A stretch of 46,085 nt of DNA from Octopus bimaculoides. Lineage: Eukaryota. Made by a program: the position numbers and the translations under genes. Location of the stretch: positions 35,116,594-35,162,678 of the forward strand of contig NC_068986.1 in assembly GCF_001194135.2 (NCBI RefSeq). Direction: 5' to 3'. Under the pieces are notes generated by a model. The model searched no databases, was not told where the DNA came from, and saw only the letters and a program-made list of their open reading frames with translations. Shown here piece after piece: positions 36,661 through 46,085 of the stretch. How positions within the stretch are numbered: the first letter of the stretch is position 1; every line of letters begins with the position of its first letter.

Positions 36661-37475
36661 CTTTGATTTAGCTTTGAAACAATTAAAATTATACAGTTTA
36701 TCACAGTCCCGAAATGCATGAGCAATTACGGATGCAAAGAATATGCAGAAAAAAGTTGGTGCAAGTGCATTTGCACAACATTATTATATGCAGGAATTGG
36801 ATTTCAACAGAGAACTTTTTGAGTCGAACCTTCATCCCAGTGAGTTGTTGGACAAATGTATCAACAAAACCTAGTGAGTACTTAAACTATCCTACATGTT
36901 ATTCATTAAGTCAACAAACATTTGATAAAAGTAGGGAGGCCCTGCCCTATGCACAGCTCTTATACTGTCTGACAGTAAAGATCTGATCTAAATTTACACT
37001 GAGACTCTAGGACAACAATGGACCATAAGTTTATCTGCAAATGATCAAATAAATGTCTGGTGAATAATTTACTAACATTTACAAGTAAAGAAATATCACA
37101 AAAGTTGCCTCAGTTTGACACCTTTTCTCCTGTGCAGTGAGATCAGTATTGCATCTCCTCACTTTTATGGAATTGATTGTACCACTTTACACACTGACAG
37201 TCAATATGGTCACAAAATCAGTTATTACATTTTCATCATGCTTAACAATTTCAGCTAGTGTACCATCAATTCTTGGGGTGCGTCTTTCCTGAGTTGAACT
37301 GTTAAACAGTAATTTTGACTTCCTCTATGTTAGGATCACTGACCATTTCCTCAATAAACTTGTACTGCAAGAGGTCTCTAATAGTGGTCTCATCTATTGT
37401 GGATGGGTTGTGAAAAAAGATCTGTAAAATGCTCTATCTAATGCTTCAATATCCCTGTCAAGGTGGATTCAGCCG

Positions 37476-37743
37476 AACTGGCTCCTGTGCGGGTGGCACG
37501 TAAAATACACCATTTTGAGCGTGGCCGTTGCCAGTACCGCCTGACTGGCTTTTGTGCCTGTGGCATGTAAAAGCACCCACTACACTCTCGGAGTGGTTGG
37601 CATTAGGAAGGGCATCCAGCTGTAGAAACACTGCCAAATCAGATTGGAGCCTGGTGTCGCCTCCTGGTCCATCAGTCTTCAGCCGAATCGTCCAACCCAT
37701 GCTAGCATGGAAAGCGGACGTTAAACGACGATGATGATGATGA
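37476..37743 (+). mobile_element. RTE 3' end
   Basis: Two subrepeats, terminal module and GAT tail. Confidence 0.85.
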
Positions 37744-37949
37744 GAAACAGTAGCTGATTGGTTCTTCTGTATCACAAAGCCAACACTGCCTTCTCAGTTT
37801 TCAAATGCCTGTTTGCCAATCCAAAAAAAGGTTATCATCACATCCCATTTCAATTAGCTGACCTTCCCCTGATAGCCATGTCTCAGAAAAAGTAGCAATA
37901 TTGATCTTACATTGTTTAAGTTTTGCTGCAGTGAGAGTAGTGCAGCACT

Positions 37950-38250
37950 CAGGTCTGCACTATCATGAAGCAATGCTACATGGTAGTGAAATTGGGCTCT
38001 GAATGCAGAGGATATGTGAAGTTTAGAAAGAAATGACGCTAGCATGCACCACTGGGTGTTGGAGACATCAGATGTAGTGTGCAAAAGAGAAGACTCTGCT
38101 TCTATGGTCATGTGGATGAGGACAGCTGCATAAAGTACCAATCACCAAATGGGGATGGAACGTGAGGACCAGGAAGACCCAGAAAGACATGGGAGAAAGT
38201 GGTGAAGACTGACTGCAGGATGTTGAACCACAAAACCAAGTTGACATCCA
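37950..38250 (+). mobile_element. Decayed RTE ORF2 fragment with internal deletion
   Basis: gcaatgctacatggtagtgaa (AMLHGSE) and PGRPRKTWEKVV, homologous to 9140-9440. Confidence 0.75.
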
Positions 38251-38515
38251 CCTCAGCAAAAATGTGGTCCTAAAAGCATATCATCTACATCAATAAGGCC
38301 ACACCCAATCTGTCCCAGTGAAGCTTCTCCAACTCATCTTCCTAACACCCATCTTGACATCATACTTCTAACTACAGCATTACTCAGTGAAGGGCTATGA
38401 TTATATGACTCCCTTCTGTGCTACAAATCATCCCTTTTACTGGAACCACTTCCTTTTGTTACCCATTCCATATTCTCAATATCATCCTTACTAATTTATT
38501 TTTCACTGAAAGCGA

Positions 38516-39030
38516 AATTGAACCGAATCCGACGACTGGCACCCATGCCAACCTCTCCTTCATTGGACATTAAACTCTGCTTGCGAAGACCTGTTGGGGC
38601 AAGTGAAATCGAAATTGAACCATACTCGATGACTGGCACCGCGCCAGTGGAGCCCTAACAGCACTGTCCGAGCGTGTTCATTGTCAGAGCAGCTGTCTGG
38701 CTTCCGTGCTAGTGGCCCATAAATAGCACGATTTGAGCGTAATCGCTACCAGCATTGCCTTCTAGCACTTGTGCTGGTAGCACGTTTAGAAAATCATTCA
38801 AGTGAGGTTGTTGCCAGTGCCGCTGGACTGGCTCCCGTGCAGGTGGCACGTAAAAGCACCCACTACACTCTCAGAGTGGTTGACGTTAGGAAGGGCATCC
38901 AGCTGTAGAAACTCTACCAAATCAGATTGGAGCCTAGTGTAGCCATCCGGTTGGCCAGTCCTCAGTCAAATCGTCCAACCCATGCTAGCATGGAAGGCGG
39001 ACGTTAAACGACGACGATGATGATGATGAT
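38516..39030 (+). mobile_element. Long RTE 3'UTR copy
   Basis: ctgcttgcgaagacctgttggggcaagtga matches 9619-9649. Diverged subrepeats, terminal module and tail. Confidence 0.85.
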
Positions 39031-39049
39031 ACATAAATTTGTATTTGTG

Positions 39050-39167
39050 TAACAAATCGACACCGTGACTTATTCATTGTAAGCCTAGTACTTATTCTTT
39101 CGGTCTCTTTTGCCGAACCGCTAAGTTACGGGAGCGTAAACACCAACATCGGTTGTCAAGTGATAGC
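39050..39167 (-). mobile_element. SINE tail type A, running into a gap
   Basis: Reverse complement of 11635-11750. Confidence 0.75.
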
Positions 39168-39905
39168 NNNNNNNNNNNNNNNNNNNNNNNNNNNNNNNNN
39201 NNNNNNNNNNNNNNNNNNNNNNNNNNNNNNNNNNNNNNNNNNNNNNNNNNNNNNNNNNNNNNNNNNNNNNNNNNNNNNNNNNNNNNNNNNNNNNNNNNNN
39301 NNNNNNNNNNNNNNNNNNNNNNNNNNNNNNNNNNNNNNNNNNNNNNNNNNNNNNNNNNNNNNNNNNNNNNNNNNNNNNNNNNNNNNNNNNNNNNNNNNNN
39401 NNNNNNNNNNNNNNNNNNNNNNNNNNNNNNNNNNNNNNNNNNNNNNNNNNNNNNNNNNNNNNNNNNNNNNNNNNNNNNNNNNNNNNNNNNNNNNNNNNNN
39501 NNNNNNNNNNNNNNNNNNNNNNNNNNNNNNNNNNNNNNNNNNNNNNNNNNNNNNNNNNNNNNNNNNNNNNNNNNNNNNNNNNNNNNNNNNNNNNNNNNNN
39601 NNNNNNNNNNNNNNNNNNNNNNNNNNNNNNNNNNNNNNNNNNNNNNNNNNNNNNNNNNNNNNNNNNNNNNNNNNNNNNNNNNNNNNNNNNNNNNNNNNNN
39701 NNNNNNNNNNNNNNNNNNNNNNNNNNNNNNNNNNNNNNNNNNNNNNNNNNNNNNNNNNNNNNNNNNNNNNNNNNNNNNNNNNNNNNNNNNNNNNNNNNNN
39801 NNNNNNNNNNNNNNNNNNNNNNNNNNNNNNNNNNNNNNNNNNNNNNNNNNNNNNNNNNNNNNNNNNNNNNNNNNNNNNNNNNNNNNNNNNNNNNNNNNNN
39901 NNNNN
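39168..39905. other. Assembly gap (738 N)
   Basis: N run. Confidence 1.
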
Positions 39906-41827
39906 TATGTGTATATATATATATATATTAATATATATTTTTTTTAACCAAAAAATTTGGTAAAAAATATAATATCTGTTAACAATCTTAGCAAAAAACT
40001 GTACATAGGTCTATTTATTTGTTATTATTATTGTTATTGTTGTTGTAATAAAGTATTTTCAACGGATCAATTTTGAGCTCTATTTAAAGTTGATATATAT
40101 ATATATATATATATATTATATGAGGGACGTGGTATAGCGCGTCCCATTCTCTATACAGCACAAATGTATACGAGAATTTGAACGGAACGTTGCGGCACAA
40201 ACGAAACACCGTGTCAATTACAGAGTGCTATGGCTGCACATAACGGTATCGATTTTCAGCTAGTGGTTGAGAGGGGTGGGGAAATGGGTATCTGAGAATG
40301 AAGTGACAAGGGTATAGACACAATGCGATGATTGTGGCATAAATAACATGTAATCAACAGTAATCCTTCTTCAGTCACCAGTATTCATTCACTAACAACT
40401 CAAAATCTTGCACAGAGATTAAACTTTGTAAATAAAAGCTTTGCTCTCGAAAGCTCCCGGAATTCTCCACAAGATTCCGTTGTCGGTTTTATGATATTTT
40501 AAGCACAACAAGAGAGACGTTCATCAAAGAGAAACGAACGCCATTCTGCTTAGAATAAGATTCCCAGTCATCTGATAGTTAGGTCAAGTGAGGCAGATGT
40601 AGAACCAAGTCGAAGTGACCAAATGCACTATGTTAAAATAAAAAAAAAACACCCTCGTGGTAAGTTTAAATTCAATAACCCAATGGGGTCACTCTATATG
40701 CTGGAACTAGCATTCAAATCTTCTTTCAATCACACCTTACAGTATTAAATATAAGGTATATCGGACGAAATTGAGTCAATAATGCAAAATGACGGTTACG
40801 ATTACGCCTGGAATATATTCGGCCTATAGGTCTGTCTGTTCGACCAGGGATGACCGTATGTTAGACGGAGGGGCGACTCCCTTTTGAATGCAAAATTCCC
40901 CTCCTCCACCTCACCTCTCATGCCTGCTTTAATTAAGGTGCGCCAAATATGTCATTGACCCTCCAGACTATGAGAATCCTTGCTACGTAACTGCAACAAA
41001 CACCGCCGATGAAAGACGGTGGAGTATCAACAAAACAAATTACAGAAACAATATTTTAAGTAGTAAATATTGTTGCTGTGCGTGTGTGTGTAATAAGCGA
41101 ATTTAATACGAAACAATGAAGAAATGACCGCATTCGGAGACTTTTACGATATTGTAATTTATACATACATGCGTGTATGTGTTTGATTATATACGCTTTC
41201 TACACACAACTGGTCAGTTAAGACGTAGTAACCCTATGTAGAGCGTAGCATACACACACGCCTGTAAACAATTTGGTTTCCATCTGCTTACACATCAAAT
41301 ATTTATCATACGAGGATGTTTTTTTCTTCTTATATATATATTTTCTCTCTTTTCAAGAGAAAAGAGGAATGCGGGGTTGTTTGAATGAAATAAGGTTGCT
41401 AAGTTTTCCAGGTAACAGGTGCCCCATGTACAGAAGGTCCACTAGTAGTACATTCATTGTGGAAAAATAAATCGAACGAAATTTCATGGATAATTGATAA
41501 AGGTAACAGCTATCATTAAAACTACATGTTGATCGACTAGCCTCTACACCAGCCGTTCTTAACCGCGGTCCTCGACGGTTTTCCCTCGAAATATAATTTT
41601 TTTTTCTTTTGAGGTGCGTTTTACTCCTTGTTTTGAGGTTGTTGTTTTTTTTTTGGTGCAGTCTCCTAAAAGAAAATCCTGGATCTGACCCCGGATATTA
41701 AAAAAAATTAAGAACAACAAAACTACTGCGCACTTGCTTGCTATGCTAGAAACAGCAGTAAATTACAGTTCAAATCCCATCCAAATAAAGAATACATGTA
41801 ATGATGTTGTCCCTAATCTAGCAGACA

Positions 41828-41867
<40 letters not shown>

Positions 41868-41939
41868 GCATCTATATATACAGGTAGATGTAGGTATGTA
41901 CATACATGTACCTATATATGCATATACTCCTCTATTATT

Positions 41940-41980
<41 letters not shown>

Positions 41981-42051
41981 TCTCTCTTTCCTTTCCCGAG
42001 CGTCCAATAACACTACCCGTATCACGTCCTCACTTTGTTGTTTTTTTAACC

Positions 42052-42094
<43 letters not shown>

Positions 42095-42471
42095 ATAATT
42101 AAAGCTTTCCAGTCGTGATTTTCCCCTCATTTTAAAAGTATGTCTGAGACTATCCAATGTGTCCATTTAAGAGTAGGGTTCCATTTGAGGCGTATTTCAT
42201 GAAGATTTCTAGTCGATCGAGTGACCAGGAAGAGGATCTTGGTTGGTCCAAATTTCGCGTTGGAACAAATCCTTACAGATTTTTAAAGCTTCCATAATAA
42301 ACATAATCGATGTGGCGACATTCATGCCTATCTTGACAAGAGTAATACATGACATGTATATAAATAAGTAAAAGTTTCAACATGGACTCAAACGAGACAA
42401 GAAAAAAAGTTTCAAAGAAAAATTATAGACGCAAACACATACAGAAATAGCAAATGAAGAAAGCAACGTAC

Positions 42472-42783
42472 CCCAAGAAGCCATACATTTTCGAGAAGAC
42501 GACACACTTTGAAGCCGAATAATTCTAGCAGCCAGCTATGGAAACCATCCTCGTTGGGATCATTCAACTCGCTACTTTCGAATTTCTTGGTACCACCATC
42601 ACCGACCTCCGTTTCTGGTAGCTCCAAAGGTGAAGATCGTGCATAGTCGGCGGCCGAATTGAACACACCGAACTTGTTCTCCCGACAGGCGTAGAGCAAG
42701 GCACAACTAAAGAAAAGCACGCTACCCGTCGTGTACGTCCGAAGACTGGGAAAAGGGATCCGTTCTAATAAGAAAACAGGCAT
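42472..42783 (-). CDS. AMFR: AMFR/gp78 E3 ubiquitin ligase, first coding exon (104 aa)
   Basis: ATG at 42783 gives MPVFLLERIPFPSLRTYTTGSVLFFSCALLYA, matching the vertebrate AMFR N-terminus (MPLLFLERFPWPSLRTY, recalled). Ends ...LLENVWLLG at a phase-0 donor GGG|GTACGT. The exact donor is inferred from alignment length. Confidence 0.9.
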
Positions 42784-42878
42784 CTTTGGTTCCGTTCGGT
42801 TAACACCAAATAAATAATTATTTACCAGCACCAAAAAGCCGGCAGGCACTACTAAAGCTAACACACCTCCACCAACAG
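42784..42878 (-). other. AMFR: 5' part of the AMFR ATG exon (UTR or N-terminal extension), preceded by a 3' splice site
   Basis: Minus strand reads ttgcttgtttcattctctcttctcgtag|CTGTTGG..., a long pyrimidine tract plus TAG 95 nt upstream of the ATG. This implies an upstream exon. Confidence 0.55.
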
Positions 42879-43042
42879 CTACGAGAAGAGAGAATGAAAC
42901 AAGCAAAGTATTAGGTTACTTGTTTAGTAGGTTGGAGTGTTTGACTATCGTTGTTGTGGCAGACAAATATATGTTAAAAATGCGCTATTTTATATATTAT
43001 ATATATATATGAATTAAGAGGTGTATGCATGTGGGCGAGTAA

Positions 43043-43082
<40 letters not shown>

Positions 43083-44301
43083 GTCTGTGTGTTCCCTAAG
43101 GGCCTTAGGTAGCTTATTGTCCCTTGTCTTTGGGTATTGTTGGTGCTTAAATGAAAGTCACAAACTGTCTAAACCTCTTGGAGGCAACCGGATAGATGCA
43201 GGTTATTGGATGATAGTAATTTACACATCTTGAATCGCCTGGAATTTTGCTTGTTTTGCGTTTCGTCTTATTTTGCAAGTTTTATATGTGTGTGTGTATA
43301 TAATTGGTTTAAGTCACTCTTTGCTTGTTATATTGATTTTGTTTTCACTTAAGAAATTCCTCGGTGATATTATTTGACAATTTTTGTTCCCATTTGTGTG
43401 GCTGACACGCTATAGAGATGTTAACTAGAACCGGAATTGTAGCTTCGACACACGTATATAACGAACGAAATGGAAATCGAAAAGAACGGACAGATTATAA
43501 ACGAGAGAGAGAGAAAGAGAGAGTGAGAGAGATAAGAGGGGGGTGAGAGAAAATAACTAAGATTGAAAGGAAATGTTTGTTTGTTTGTTGCTATATGTTT
43601 TAGTGTTTTATTTCGTCAGAAGAGATTACGAGAAAGAGAGAAGATATGATAGGAGGAAGAAAGATTTGTGTATACGTGTATAAAAAAAAGAGGGGAAATC
43701 GCATATATATATATATATATAATATATATATGTGTGAGGGGTGTATATGAGGGAAGAGATTTTTGTGTCTATTTGTGTAGTGTGGGTGTATAAAAGAGAG
43801 AGAGAAGAGATTGTATGTGTGTATCTATTATGAGTGGTGTGGGTGTAGATTATGTATCGAGTTGTTTTATCTATATCTATGAGATAAGAGAGAGAGATAT
43901 AGAAATTGATATAAATTTACATAATAATGTCCAGGAGTCAAGGCATTGCGAATATGGTTAGTTCCTTTAGTGTTATTTCAGAAACGGTCGCGGGAAGCCG
44001 AGATGGAGAGAGAGAGAAGCAGAGAAGAGAAAGTAGAAGTTGAAGAAAAGCCAAATGGCTGTTGTTGTTCTTGTAGTTATTGTTATATGTTACGAAAGAC
44101 AACAAACTATATACAGATGTAATCGATTGACTTAATGTAAAGGAGAGATTATTAAAGAAGCAACAGAAGTGTTTTGTTGTGTAATGCAGGTTTGATATGA
44201 CATGTGTGGATTATTTTGGATGTTTAGAAATTAAGGCAAGATATGTTTACAGATTCAAAATTGTGTCCAGTCTCTGCAATGTATATGGAATGCTTTCAGG
44301 T

Positions 44302-44810
44302 AATATAGAATATTTTAGAAACAGGGGATTATATATAATGTTTAGATGATATTAAAGTTGATATGGAAGGTATTTTGAAAGAATAAATGTGAAATAATAT
44401 TCAAGGGATTGGAAAAAAAGGTAGAAATTGATGGGTTTTTCTTGTCTCTACTGGTTGTTTGTTTAAAATATAGAATATTTTAGAAACACCGAATTATATA
44501 TGTATATATATAGTGTTTAGATGTTATTAAAATTGATAATGAAGGTAATTTTAAAAGAATAAATGTGAAATAATATTTAAGGGATTGGAAAAAAGGTAGA
44601 AATTGATTTCTTCTTCTCTCTACTGGCTGTTTGTTTACAATATAGAATAATTTAGAAACGGGATTACATATATGTATATATATATAATGTCTATAGATGA
44701 TATTAAAGTTGATATAGAAGGTATTTTAAAAAGAAAAATGTGGAATAATATTCAAGGGATTGGAAAAAATAGGGAAAAAAGGTAGAAATTGGTGGGTTTT
44801 TCTGTCTTCG
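44302..44810. repeat. Tandem triplication, unit about 165-172 bp
   Basis: aatatagaat starts at 44302, 44467 and 44639. All units share gggattggaaaaaa-ggtagaaattg. Confidence 0.92.
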
Positions 44811-45629
44811 CTTCTCTCTTTTCTTGTTGTTTTGTTTTGTTTACGACGATGTGTAAGAAATATTCAATCTGTTATAATAACTACGACGGACAGAGAAATG
44901 GATTGATGATTAACAACGAAACAAAATTCTAGAAGACGAACGTCTGTCCGAGTTGTTTATAAGTTTGTTTTGGATTTAGTGTTTTTTAAAGCCTTTTTTC
45001 GTTGTTGGTTTTGAACGTTTTTGAAATCCGTTTCGAGTTGGTTCTAGCATGGAGGACCAAACACAGTCGGCACGTGATAGGCTACGGATGGCTTAAAGCG
45101 AAATTATTCAAACAGCGTCCGCTATTACCGATCCGTTTCTTACCGCATCGCGTCATGAATAATGGTTAGACTTTATTATTCACCTTTTCTTTTCTTTTTT
45201 TTTCTCTGTCTCTTACTTCTTTTGCATTTTATTTATATCATTTATGGTTTTTATACTGCGTTGTAAAATTTTCTTGTTATTTTGGGGGGAAATTTCTGGA
45301 TAATTTTAACTATAAAATTAATATCTGTCGGGAAATCCTACGTTGTACTCACAAATTGAAAACAAAAAAACAATTGGAAGTTACCAGGAAACAGTATGGT
45401 TAATTATGAAGTGTGTCATCCTATTAAAATGCATAAAACAATTGAGATTTCGTTTTTTTTTTTTCCTTTACCTATCTTTTTTCCTAGCGAACAATTACCT
45501 CATCTCTTCGCTACCACCACTTAACATGACTTCCCGACGAAGGGTTCTATCCGAAACGTTACATTCCCTCAACCTCTTCCTCACATCAAAACAAAGTAAA
45601 AAAAAATTCCACTTTTAAGCTGCGTATAT

Positions 45630-45800
45630 TGTTGGAAATCCAATTGAGTCACTACTGTGCATCCGTAGCTATCACGTGATGTAAAGATGGCGTTGTCGCC
45701 TAATGTTTTCCAATAAAACCGTCTCCAGTCACTTTTTTAAAAATTTCATTTAAAAATTTTCCATTGGACCTTGTCACATTATATTTACTGCCAATTATAA
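45630..45800. promoter_or_regulatory. Promoter-like motif cluster, possibly bidirectional
   Basis: CCAAT 45640, TGAGTCA (AP-1) 45645-51, palindromic E-box ATCACGTGAT 45671-80, YY1-like AAGATGGCG 45684-92, further CCAAT/ATTGG at 45710, 45763 and 45791. A second CACGTG lies at 45071. CpGs are retained locally. Motif matches only. Confidence 0.45.
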
Positions 45801-45988
45801 TATAAATTTAATAATTTTTGGGGGGTTAGAATTTGTTATTTTGTTGTTAGTAATTTGAGCTCTGATGAATTAAAAATTCCATTCCAGTTTCTCTAATAAA
45901 AATGTCACCAATCAAAGATTCTTTATGAAAACATCCGTTTTTTTTTCTTTGTAGAATCGTTGTTGCGTCGTCATTCTTAAAGACCCGC

Positions 45989-46085
45989 ATGGAAATTCTT
46001 CTACGGCTCGCCACGCTTACTGTAAATAGCAGCCGATCTTCCCTCATCAAAATCAAATCCTACCGCCTTAAAGTTGAGGAGACAT
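45989..46085 (+). CDS. Possible start of a divergent neighbouring gene (MEILLRLATLTVNSSRSSLIKIKSYRLKVEET..., open to the edge)
   Basis: Acceptor-like ttttttttctttgtag| at 45954, then ATG with +4 G. No homology recognised. Confidence 0.2.
   Translation, partial: MEILLRLATLTVNSSRSSLIKIKSYRLKVEET

Noticed and set aside
41550-41728. hAT-like MITE (cagccgttcttaacc ... ttaagaac)
   Set aside because: Only an 8-nt inverted match and no 8-bp TSD.
45847-46056. Minus-strand 69-aa ORF
   Set aside because: No recognisable motif or splice context. It overlaps promoter-proximal sequence and its length is within chance.

Overview
Eukaryotic, AT-rich, repeat-dense scaffold with five N-gaps. It is most likely an octopod cephalopod, inferred from repeat families I recognise rather than from a search. 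The window holds the 5' half of one minus-strand gene, an AMFR/gp78 (RNF45) ER-associated-degradation E3 ligase orthologue. I could splice five coding exons by hand (42783-42472, 19192-19100, 12390-12226, 4689-4537, 3738-3698; about 254 aa, all GT-AG, frame consistent), none of which the ORF track assembles. The RING/CUE/G2BR exons must lie left of base 1. Introns are filled with 5'-truncated RTE-clade LINE copies ending in (GAT)n, at least three tRNA-derived SINE families, probable MITEs and microsatellites. A promoter-like motif cluster lies at about 45.6-45.8 kb and a divergent gene may start at the right edge. I found no clearly novel biological system. The best leads are a twin-priming-like inverted RTE insertion, a shared SINE/LINE 3' stem-loop, three hammerhead-like relics, a recurrent RTE truncation point, an unexplained 183-codon open frame and a possible N-terminally extended AMFR isoform. 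All alignments and identities are by eye.
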